Shown here piece after piece: positions 23,693 to 35,067 of a DNA stretch of 64,000 bases (positions are counted from its first letter, which is position 1; every line of letters begins with the position of its first letter). Under the pieces are notes generated by a model, which was not told where the DNA came from, made no database searches, and worked only from the letters and a program-made list of their open reading frames with translations. The DNA comes from Callorhinchus milii. Lineage: Eukaryota. The stretch spans positions 86,554,001 through 86,618,000 of the forward strand of contig NW_024704743.1 in assembly GCF_018977255.1 (NCBI RefSeq), written 5' to 3'. The position numbers and the translations under genes are program-made.

Positions 23693-23904
23693 GATGAAAG
23701 GCATCCATGCACAGGTGTTGTTTCCAATCCTTGCACACACCTCATGCATCCTGGTAGCAAGATGGGAGGTAATCCAGCACTTAGACCACTTATAATTGTG
23801 CTCACTGCAATAACCTATTAACAATGCCCACTGAGTTTATTTTCCCTCTTCAGAAAGACATTTCTACACAAAAACATCCAAAATGTTCCTTTCCATAACA
23901 TCAC

Positions 23905-24350
23905 CAACAACATGAATTTATATAGAGACTTTCACATAAGATATCTGCAAGCACTATGGGCATGGTGCAAGGTGGGAAATATGGGGCATAAGAAGGAGAT
24001 GACCAAAGGCATGATCAAAGAGGGAGGTTTAAAGAAGGATTTTCAAAACATGGAGGGAGAGAAGCTGAAGAAGTTTCAAACAGGAAGTATAATGACTGAA
24101 AGCTTGGAAGCCAATGTTGGAGCAGATGGGGCAAAGAATGTGTAGCAGGCTTAGGTTTGTAGACCAGAAGGCATGGGGAGCTGGGGAGATTATGGAGACA
24201 GGGAAGAGGGCAATAGTTGTCAGGGATTTGAAAGTTAAGATAAGGATCACAAAGTTGATCAGCTGGAGGACAAGAAACCAATGATTGTGGGTTGGATGAG
24301 TGTAATGAGCATGTGGATCCAAGGGTGGCACACGAGGAGAAGCCAAAGTG
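23905..24350 (-). mobile_element. Old L2 3' fragment
   Basis: Degenerate tail (CAACAACATGAATTTATATAG..TTTCAC) and purine-rich antisense L2 ORF2 end. Confidence 0.6.
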
Positions 24351-24354
24351 AAGA

Positions 24355-24476
24355 TAATAATCCTTCCATTTAATATAGCGCTTTTCACGTCTTCTCGACG
24401 TCTCAAAGCGCTTCACAAAATAGACTGTAAAGTGAATTGACTGTATATTTGTGGGCAAAACACGGCAGCCAATTGC
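24355..24476 (-). mobile_element. tRNA-Ala SINE family 3' fragment (GAGAA loop)
   Basis: Reverse complement of GAGACGTCGAGAAGACGTGAAAAGCGCTATAT plus the Deu remnant. Confidence 0.85.
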
Positions 24477-24574
24477 GATGTTGGGACAAGTAAGACTGGA
24501 ACAAAGGAAGTGGATTTCAAAACAGATAGAACAGAGAGGAAGGTAGTGAAGGATGAAGTGGGCAATATCCCAAC

Positions 24575-24830
24575 CTCACACCACAACACACACACTCACA
24601 CACAAAAACACACAGGCCTCATCCCGCAACAAACACACACAAAAACACACAGGCCTCACCCCGCAACACACACACACACACAGCCTAACCCCAGCCCACA
24701 ACACACACAGACCCAGGCCGTACCCCACAACACACATAAACAAACACAGGTTCCTCGGCATCGCCCCATAACACACACTCTCCATCCTCACCCCGCAAAC
24801 TGCCCTCCCACACCCCCAGCTCATCCCACA
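24575..24830. repeat. CA-rich micro/minisatellite with repeated ACACAGGCCTCA(T/C)CCCGCAAC units
   Basis: Directly visible repeats. Confidence 0.85.
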
Positions 24831-25989
24831 TAGATAGTTTTCCGTACCATTCAGGAACATTTCTGGAAAGTGGGAGAAGTGAGAAATCACAAGATTTTTT
24901 GAAGGATCAGAAATGGTTAATTCACATCACACTTTAGAAATCCAATCTTTGGACACCTTCCAGAGCCAGTTATTTGGTTTCTGGAATCAATAACGTATGT
25001 AATAGAGATCAGTCAAGCATCTGTTATGAGGAAGCTTAAGGAATTAAATGAGTAGGGAGCAATATAAACATATGGGATACACTCCACAATCCTTTTGAAA
25101 GTTGAGTGGAGATTTTGGTGAGGCTTAAATGAGGAGTTAAGAGTTTGTAAACAGAGAACGAGAGGATAAGGCAGTGGGGTTAAAAAAACAAATCACATTG
25201 TAAAACTATAAACAATCTCACACCTTGAGGAGAGGGACAGGATAGGATTGGACAAACCGTTTGAACTGAAAAAATCTTTAACCGGGGCTGGGGAGAATAT
25301 GAATTTCATGGTTATTCACAGTGAAAAAAATCTTAAAACAGAACAGTTTAAGTTAGCAGTTTTAGCCCTAGGAACCGAACAAAAGATTCACTGCTTATAT
25401 TCATCAGCTGTGTGTCAGCCTGGCTCAGTTGGTAGCACTCCTGCCTCTGAGTCAACTACTGCCCTTGCTAGTGGTTGCGCATTTAACCCACAAACCAATT
25501 CACTTTTAGGAATAAATTCACAAACAATCACACCTCCAGGCTCATCAAGGCAGTATGTTTGTCAATCTATCTCAATTTATCTCGATGAACTTTTCGCATT
25601 TCTTAGGACTTAAAAAGAAAAACACGTGCAAGATATGAAATCATAGCATATTCAAGGAGTTAGAAAGAAAATTGAAGATCCAGCCCTGGGGAATATAACA
25701 AAAGTGGGTGCCAAGATTTCAGAGTTAATAGTCAGCAGACCAAATCACAGGAGAGAAGGAAATATGAGATAAGGTCCGGAGAAGGGTGAAGACAAAGAAT
25801 TGAGATCTAAAGGTTATAGACAAAGGCACAAGGTTTGTGCCACAGTATAGGAGAATTCCTTTGAAACATTGGCTTAGACTTGAAGGAAATCAAGCAGGCA
25901 TGTCACAAATCAAAGACTTCAGTGTTAACATTCCTTCTGCTCTAAGCAGTAAATTGTTCCAGCTCACATGAACATAAAGCTATTCCAAC

Positions 25990-26615
25990 ATTTATAATAA
26001 TCCTTGCACGTGGAATAATAATAATATTAATCCTTGCATTTATATAGCGCTTTTCACATTTTCTAGACATCTCAAAGCGCTTCACAGAATATACTGTAAA
26101 ATGAATTGACTGTATATGTATGGGCAAATGTGGTTTAGTGCTTTATACCAATGCTGTGCACAATTGTCTGCCGGGTTTCGCCCACAGAATATATAGTCAA
26201 TTCACTTTACAGTATATTCTATGAAGTGCTCTGAAACATCTCAAAGACATGACAAGGCACTATATCAAATAGCAAGGATTATTATTATTATGATCACATT
26301 GTTGAAATGTTTCAATGGGCTTAACAAATGTTAGGCAAGTTTTCTTACTCCACACACACATCCCTGTTAATCTAGCAATAACTAGGAACTTGCTTGTTAG
26401 TCGATTGGCGGATCGCTTTCCGGGGGTGCTCCAAAAAAATAATAATAATTTGGTCACTCAATCCACGACTGTTTGAGTTGCTGTGCACAATTGACTGCCG
26501 TTTTTCACCCATAAAATATACAGTTGATTCATTTGGTGTTTCCCGTAAAGTGCTTTGAAACATCTCAAAGACGTGATAAGGCGCTATATCAAATGCAAGG
26601 ATATTTTATTTATTA
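25990..26615. mobile_element. Cluster of SINE pieces: minus-strand tail (~26015-26130), plus-strand 3' half (~26150-26290), long-variant SINE (~26330-26615)
   Basis: Three copies of the SINE tail; the last carries an extra internal segment GTTAGTCGATTGGCGGATCGCTTT. Confidence 0.75.
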
Positions 26616-26886
26616 TAACAGGAGTTCTGGTAAAGTGTGGTGACTGTGTAGCTATACGCAAATGAGGCAGCCATCTGCAACAGCAATGTCCCAGAAGCAA
26701 TGAAGCGAATGACCAATCGTTCATTCTGACAGATCATTAGCCAGAACAACTGGAAGAAACTCACCTTTTTTGAATTATTCCATGGGATCTTTTAAGTCCA
26801 CCTGAAGAGGTAGAGACTTTTTTATTGTTTCTTTTGTATATTTCTCAACTATTTTTTTTCTGTATAATCAGCTTTGTGTTCATCAG

Positions 26887-27330
26887 GTGTCAGCCTGGCT
26901 CAATTGGTAGCACTCTCGTTTCTGAGTCAGTGGGTTGTAGGATCATACCCCATGGTGGAACTTTGAACTCAACTAGTCTTCATAGTCCAATGCATTGTTG
27001 CATTGTTGGCTGTGGGGAGGAATATTGATTGTCAGAGGTGGCGCCATTTAGATGGCATGTTAAACTGAGGTCTCACGTTTCTAGGTGGAGTCCAAAGATC
27101 CCAAGACACTATTTGGAAAGAGAAGGGAGTTTCTCCCAGTGTCCTGGCCAAGAATGCCCCAGACAAAATTGGGCATTCACTGCATGGCTTTTTGTGGGAG
27201 ATTGCTATACACAAATTGGCTAGATTTGCACAGTTCATTTTCTAAATAGGGTCACTACACTTTACAGTCCCATGGAGCAATTTGAGACATTTCTATGATG
27301 TGATAAGCTGCTGTATCAAACATAAGGGTG
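26887..27330 (+). mobile_element. Old full-length DeuSINE
   Basis: Head GTCAGCCTGGCTCAATTGGTAGCACTCTCG.TTCTGAGTCAG; Deu core AAGATCCCA..CTATTT..GAGTTTCTCCCAGTGTCCTGGCCAA..AAATTGG. Confidence 0.8.
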
Positions 27331-27896
27331 TAAATATTATACCATCTGCAATTTTTTAAAAACTCTTTTTGTGATACATATCCTGCCACATTGTAGGACC
27401 TCACCTCAGCATGCACCTCAGCTGCCAGAATTCCTGGCTGCTGGCAACTGTTTCACATTTAGTGCAGAGAGCATTTGATGGAAAATAAATCCCAACTGAC
27501 TTACAAAACGTAATCTTTAGCAGCTATCGGACGTTTTCTCATTACAGATTGAGGCCCTAGCAAAGTAGTAGCACTTTACAGTACATGGCTGTTAACAGGT
27601 TCTCTGTTGATGGGGAATGTTTAGTTAGAAGTAACATTTGGCTATATACTGACAGACATTCCCCAGGCATTCTGACAGACTGATTGCTGATTTATCAGTA
27701 CAGTTTAGGTGGGAGTATACTATAAGCCTGATGACTGGCCACTTCTGGAACTCATGCATGGAGGGCACTGAATGTTCAATTGTGAAATATGACTTTTATT
27801 TAATATCTGAGCAGCACACAATAATTCACAAAGCAGTTCAAACAAATAAATATTGTATTTTAAAATTTAATATTCACAATCTTTGGGGGGAAAAAT

Positions 27897-28165
27897 GAAA
27901 TGAATTGACTGTATATTTTTTGGGAGAAACGTGGCAGCCAATTGCGCACATCAGTGTCCTACAAACAGTCATACACTGAGTGACTAAATTATTATTATTA
28001 TTTTAAAGTGGTTATTAAACCCAGAAAAGCAATCCACCAATCAACTAACTGCTAGATAAACAAAGGCATGTGTGTGGGGTAAGGAAACTTGCCCAACATT
28101 TCACCCTGCACGGGATTCGAACCCTGTTCCTCTCACGTGCTCTGACCACTAAGATACAAGACTTT
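27897..28165 (-). mobile_element. Long-variant tRNA-Ala SINE (tail missing)
   Basis: GGCAGCCAATTGCGCAC..CCAGAAAAGCAATCCACCAATCAACTAAC..TAAGGAAACTTGCCCAA..GATTCGAACCC. Confidence 0.75.
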
Positions 28166-29834
28166 CAAGTTGAGCTAAACCTCTGCATTTGATGTAACAC
28201 ACTTTCACGTCTGGAGGACATTTAAAAGCATGTCACAGGATTTACCATAAAGTGTAATGACTGTGTACTTTATTGGCAAATGAGGCAGCCAATTTGAGTA
28301 CAGCAATGTTTCACAGCCATGAAGTGGATAATCAATATTATTTAGGGGACTGTTGGCCAAGACACCGAGAGAAACTCCCTTCTCTTTTTTAATAGTGGCA
28401 TGGATCTTTAACATCCACCTGAACAGACAGACAGACAGACAGACAGGCAAAATTATTGCATTTCTGAAGTCATGTTAATGCATTTCTGGATTCAAGTTAA
28501 TGTACTTATGCAATCCTTATTTGCTACTTGGAGCTACAATGACTGGCTGTGCCTGTAACAACCTACTGCTATTACAAATCATTCCATTTTAGATCCCAAT
28601 ATACTGATGACTATATTTCAAGCATAACCAGATTCCAGCAGTCATTCATCAATGTTATATTTACGATACATGCCTTTATGATTAGAATATTATTTGCTCC
28701 AGATTTACAGGCTATCAAAAGCATTTTGTGCTTATTTTCTGCTGCATTATAAAATTCGATTCACTAGTGATGTAGACTTATCACAACAATGATGACAAAG
28801 ATAAATGACCTTTAATATTTCTGAAGTGCTTTATTATTATGCAGATGTCTTCTGTTGTTGTTAGTATCTATTACTCTATGCAAAAAAATCTTCTATTCTC
28901 CAGTTTCACTTGAAGTTAATTCATTTTAAAATAGTACCTGCTTGTTCTAGGCTCACAGTCAATGCCTATTTACATCTAGATCACTTACGCCTCTCAGTAG
29001 TTCAGAGATCGTGATCTCCTTCTCCCCTTAAACTTTTTCCCAAAAAATATTTTTCCGTATCACCTACAAAGTGCACAATCATTACATTTTTCCTGTGAAG
29101 CATTTTGTGATGTCTTCCTGAATAAAAGCTGCTATAAAATTTCCAAATGAAAACAAATTTTCTTTCTGATTAATGATCACTCTCCTCTTCAATGTATAAA
29201 CATCATTGTGAAAAGTTCCACAAGTTATTTTGAATTAGAGATAAATCGATCATTTCATGGTCCTCATCCACTGCCTCCATTCCCTATCACATCTCTACCC
29301 CACTCCTACCCCACTTTCCTGCTTAACCCCTCAGTTCAGCTACCTTGAGCCTCCTGTGCACTCCTTACTCCCTCCACCCTACCATTGGTAGCCAAGCTTT
29401 CAGCAATTATGTTCCCACCTTTTAGACCTCCCTCTACCTCTACAGCTTGCCCCTCCCTATCTGTCTTAAATCCTGCTTACAACCTCTTTGATTGCATCCA
29501 CTGTCGCCACCCCTCTCCCTTCTCCCTTGCTCAATATCCAACACCGTCCCTATCAAGTGCCCTGAATTATTTTCCGAAGTGAAGCATGCTGTATAAATGG
29601 ATGCTGTTATTGAAATATAACTGAGTACTTTGGATCAGACATCAAACCAAGTCCCATCTGCTTATTTTGCGCATGGAAATTCAATATCCAATGGCACTAT
29701 TCAAAAACAACAGTCTCTCCTTTTTTGGGAGATTGCTGAGGGCAAAACAGCTGCTGCCAATGCACAGTCACAACCAAGTATTTCTATAAATCAATTTCAG
29801 ATATTTCAATGTACTAAAGTACTAGTAAAATGCA

Positions 29835-29877
29835 CTCTCTCCCTCTCTCTATCTATCTATCTATCTATCTCCAGCTT

Positions 29878-29911
<34 letters not shown>

Positions 29912-29937
29912 ACACACACACACACGTGCACACACAG
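29835..29937. repeat. Compound microsatellite (CT)n-(CTAT)n-(CTGT)n-(CT)n-(CA)n
   Basis: Directly visible. Confidence 0.9.
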
Positions 29938-32749
29938 AAGAGAAGAGGAACAACACAAAATCCCAGCTATAGAAATATCTAAAACCAGACAGGCCACAAC
30001 TGAGTCCAAGAAAGAGCAAGTCTGCCAAAGGGCCACATGTAAAGCGGAAGTAGGTCTTAAATCGTCCCCAGGTTATGTTACAAGTACCATTCTTCTACTG
30101 TATACAAATGTAATTTTGTTGTGGTTGTGAAGATTAAATTGTTAAGATTTCCTCAAAAAGGAAGTCAAACTTTATATGCAGCTGCATTGTCCAAACCTAT
30201 TAAAATATTAGATCAAATAATCAAGCTTATTTTACTATCATGTTGCTTGGCAGAAGTTCTTTCTCATATCCAAAAACGTATTGCTTCAGACATCTTTGCC
30301 ATTACTGCAGTTATAGAAGACACATCACATCTGACAGAGGCTGTAACTCAGCAGACTGTGGAAGTGAACTATCGGATAGCAGAATGAAAACAAATGGACA
30401 ATAGCAGTGAGTTTCACTTGCAAGTTGTGATTAGTATGAACACTTAAGATAGGGCTGTGTGCCACAAAGGTACACAGAGTCAAAAAGCAGATGGCAGGAT
30501 GCTTGGAAATGTCTAAATAATCAGTAGGGCAATCCAGACAACTCAACACTGTTACAGGCATGCAGTCTGTCAGGTAGCAATAGCCTGACCCAGACCTATA
30601 ATTAATTTTAGAACTTGACAAATTTAAAGTATAATATCAATTAACTAACCAAAACAGAGTTTGAGTATTTCTTTCAATAACTTGTCCACCTGCGCACACA
30701 TCTTCTGTTCCTAACATATGAATAGCCATAATTTTTATAATTTACATTTCGGATTCACAGCATTATATATAGCTTTTGTTTGCTGTTATTTTGCAACATT
30801 ATCCGTTTATTTTAAATAATAATCCTTGAATTTGATAAAGCGCCTATAACATTGGAAAGTCTCTAACCCCCTCAAAGCTTAGAGACTGTGATTTTATAGA
30901 TAAACACAGCAAACAGTTTGCATAAGTTGGGTCCCCCAAACAGTCGTGAAGAGAATGATCAATTTATCTGGAGGATTGTTCTCTGAATACTGGGAGAAAG
31001 TCCCTTCTGTTTTTGCGCAGTGCCATGGAATCCTTAACATTCCATCTAAACAGGCAGATGGGATCTCGGTTTAATTTCTCATTCAAAGGATGACACCTCC
31101 AAAATGCAACAACAATAACAACAACAATGACTTGCACTTATATAGCGCCTTCACTAGTAGCATCTCGGAACAATGAGACGCTCCCCAAGTACACTACGAG
31201 TGTCAGGATAGATTGTGAGATCACAGTTTCAAACTTTCTGACCCAGCAAATGCATGTTCAATTTCAATGTTGAATATTGTCGTTCTCAGTACCTGTTTTT
31301 TGCACATTTCTCCTTTTGCTGTGGCATTGAATGCTCCCAGAATATGGAAAGAGTAACATTGTTGGAGGTATGTGTCGATCAGATGAAGGTGTAATGAATG
31401 TTCATTGATGGTCACTCAAATTGAATATATTGTTCAAAGAGTAAAGAATACTGCATTTTGTGGAAAGCAGAATGAGTACAAATGGAGTGAGTTTGGCTTT
31501 ATGATTAGGATGAGCACTAAGCATTGGTCATTTCAGTATTTATAAAAATAATAATCCTTGCATTTAATATAGTGCCTTATAACATCATTGATATGTCTCC
31601 AAGCTCTTCGCATGATTTTACTGTAAAGCGTAGTGACTGTGTAGTTATTGATGATCTCCATCGATGACAATTCAGTAATGCATTAATCTTTATTGGATTC
31701 ACAGCTCACTGGCTCCTTCATATGTAGGGAAACTGACTGTATCTGTTTCCATGTGCAGTCTGCTTGACTGGCCGAATTTTCAATAAACCACATTAATAGA
31801 TTAAGTTATATTAAAGGACATGTTAGCTTCAGCCCAGCCAAGTGATAAGGCAAACCTTTCCCTTTCCCTCCCTCATGTTGATGTGATGGATGTAGGATTT
31901 TCAATGCTCCTGATCTTTGTTCATTTTAGAGGAGGAAAAAGTTCCACACAGACTTAGCCAATAAGACTATATTATCTTAAAATGTTAGGATTGCTCAGAA
32001 TTGGGGAACAATTTTAAGTTTGGTCTTAATATGCAAGCCTATTTTCCACAAATTAAACCTGAAATGAGGAATTTTCCAAAATTTCTGAAAGTTTTACATT
32101 TTGAGGCAGAATAGTCTCTCACACAAGATCAGGTGGAATTCCCTGTCCAGAAAGGATCTATTTATAGCTTAACAGTTGCTGCAAACTGTACTTTGAAGAT
32201 TACCCTAAGGGTGGAAAGGTAGCAAGAGCCCATTACTATAGCAGATAGGAAGCCTATTGCTAGTGTAAAGTGTTGATTCTATTTTGTCTTATCATCTTCT
32301 CTTCAGGGACAGTGAGTCTAGAGGCTAACAGCTACAACAGTTAAAAATAACACTGAAGTGTCTGTTAACAAGGGTTCCTGAGAAAGTGCTTCAAGTCAAT
32401 TTTTACCAGCAAGTGCCAGGTGACAGAAAACATTTGCCCTGTGACAGTTTTGTCACTTTGTGAGCCTCGTGGTTTGCATTAATAACTACTGCAAAGTTGC
32501 AGCACCTACTTGTTGTTGGTGACATAGAATTTACAGTATACTTAACACTCAACAGGGAGCAGAAAATGCACTAGACTTGATCTCAAACCGGGCTATTCGG
32601 AAAATATTGTTCTGAATTATTTTAAATATGTTAGTGTTGCTATGGTTATGTATAGAGTCCCGGCGTTGTGCCACTGGCAGTCAGGAATAGTGTAACTATG
32701 CAACTTTATGTCTGGCTATCTAAAATAAACCCTGTTAATAGTTAGTCCT

Positions 32750-33280
32750 TGAAAACGACACTCAAATAGATGAGTTTATAGAAGGATTTCAGAGGCAGGG
32801 AGTTGAACAAGGGGAAAGAATTTTGAGAGTGTTCCAAATAACAGGAGCTTATGTGTCTAAAGCCTTACGCACCGATGATGGGTTGGAGGAAGTGAGCAGT
32901 AAACTGGAGCTGGGGAGTTGAAGGCATGGGCAGGAGAATAGGATGGACAAGGTTTGAGTGGAATAAAGAAACAGAATGAGCTGAGGACTGGAGATTAGGA
33001 CGATACATGTCATCATGGGGAGAAGAACGAAGAATGTGGTTGAATTTGTACCCACGCAGAACAGAATCAGTAAAGGGGAATGTGTCACAGGGAATGAGCC
33101 TAGTATTAGTCAGCCTTAGGATATCTGTGCGTTTGTCCAGCATTAGGCTGAGGATGGGACAATCGTACAAAAAACACGAGAGAAAATAACAGGCAGTAAG
33201 TGGAGAAGGGAACGGGGACAAGGTTGGAGGGTTCACTCTGAAGACTTAAATGGACAGACCTTACAGAAGAATGAGGCAGT
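32750..33280 (-). mobile_element. Old L2-type APE endonuclease (ORF2 N-terminus) remnant
   Basis: ORF ..LDKRTDILRLTNTRLIPCDTFPFTDSVLRGYKFNHILRSS.. resembles the APE motif DILALTETWL...PPGY.F.H.PR. Confidence 0.55.
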
Positions 33281-33285
33281 TTGCA

Positions 33286-33353
33286 TAGCGCTCTGAGACG
33301 CCGTCCGGCATGGAGGGCGCTATATAAATCCAAGTTGTTGTTGTTGTTGTTGT
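33286..33353 (+). mobile_element. Tail-only L2 insertion (GTCC-loop type)
   Basis: AGCGCTCTGAGACGCCGTCCGGCATGGAGGGCGCTATATAAATCCAAG(TTG)n. Confidence 0.85.
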
Positions 33354-33594
33354 AGCTGCTCTGAGAGAGCCAGTGATTTGTGCTTCTGTGTGCAAAGTGG
33401 AGGATGCCCAGGCTAGAGCAGAATGAAGCCATGAGGCTTTGCAGGATAGACTACAGCAGGATAAGGAGGAGAGAGAGAGAGAGTTGCAATGAACAGTGGC
33501 GGAAACTGAAAGAGACAAGTAAATGAGGGAAAATGAGCAGGGAAGGATAGAAGAAATCAGAGAGTGTAACAGAAACATAAAGGAAAAGTAGGGT

Positions 33595-35067
33595 AACAAC
33601 AAGATTACATGTGTATAGTGCCTTTCACATCTGGAGAATGTCCCGAGACGCTGGACAGTGTACAGCATTTCAGACCTGAGCTGGGGTCAGGAGGGGAGAA
33701 GGGAAGGGAGGGGAAGGAGGGTGGCCGATGGCATAGTCAAAGAGGAGGGTCTTGAGGCGGGACTTGAAGGAGGCTAAGAAGGGGGCGAGACAGAGTGACT
33801 GGGGGATGGAATTCCAGAGGTTGAGGGCAGAGTGGCTGAAGGCTCTCCCACCAATGGTGGGGCGGGTGGGTTGGGGGAAATGGAGCAGGCTGGAGCCAGC
33901 TGAGGGGAGGGAACGGGCGGGTTGGTAGATTTTAGGAGGTCACAGAGGTAGGGTGGGGTGAGGCCATGGAGGGCTTTGTAGATGAGGACTAAGATCTTGA
34001 ACTTGATGCTCTGAAGGATAGGGAGCCAGTGGAGTCAGGCAAGAATGGGTGAGATGGGGTCACGGAGTTAGATGTGGGAGAGGACACGGGCTGCAGAGTT
34101 CTGGATTATCTGCAGCTTGTGGAGGGAGGAGTTGGGAAGGCTGACAAGCAGGCTCTTTGCATAGTCGAACCTGGAGGTGATAAAGGCATGAAAAAGAGCT
34201 TCAGCGGCCTGAGGGGTGAGGTAGTGGCGGAGTCGGGCGATGTTACGGAGGTGAGGGAAGGCAGAGCGGGTCATGGCTTGGTTGTGGGGAAGAAAAAACA
34301 GTTGAGGGTCGAATAACACACCTGGGTTCTTGACTGGCTTGAGAGTTGTAGTGTGCAACCATGGAGGTTGATGCTGCCAGAGCCTGAGGTGCAGAGGCAC
34401 TGGCGTGAGCCAATCAGTCTTGTTCACATTCAACTGTGGGAAATTTGCCCTCATCCAGGACTTGATGTCCGACAGGTAGTCTGTCAGGACAGCAGTGGTC
34501 CTGGAGTTGAGGGTGGAAGCAGAAAGATAGAGTTGGGTGTCATTCGCATATATGTGGATGTTGACCCCATGTCTGCAGATGATGTCACCAAGGGGGAGAT
34601 GTAAATATTAAAGAGGAGAGGGCCAAGGACAGAGCACTGGGGGACGCCAGACGTGACAGTGCGGGCGGGGGCTGGAGGAGAAACCGTTAGAGGCAACAAA
34701 GTGGAGACGGTGAGAGAGAAAGGAATCGACCAGGCAAGGGCAGGTCCGCGAAGATTAAGTAAGGAGAGGCGGTGTATGAGGATAGAATGGTTGACAGTGT
34801 CGAAGGCGGCATGGAGGCTGAGGAGGACAAGGAGGCAGAGGGAGCCCTGATCACAGATGTTCAGAATGGCATTAGTGACTTTGACCAGTGCTGTTTCTGT
34901 GCTGTGGGCAGCGCGGAAGCTGGATTGGAGGGGTTCAAAGAGGGAATGGTGAGATAGAAAGGAGCAGAGCTGGGATGCGATGACTCGTTCCAGGACCTTG
35001 GAGAGGAATGGGAGGTTAGAGATGGGGTGGTAGCTGGAGAGAAGGGATGGGTCCAGGGAAGGTTTTT
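33595..35067 (-). mobile_element. L2 LINE, 5'-truncated, RT domain with frameshifts
   Basis: [30 protein letters not shown] and FITSRFDYAKSLLV motifs; tail hairpin with TTG repeat. Confidence 0.93.

Noticed and set aside
24510..24890. His/Thr-rich and Cys/Val-rich ORFs
   Set aside because: These are translations of a CA/TG microsatellite.
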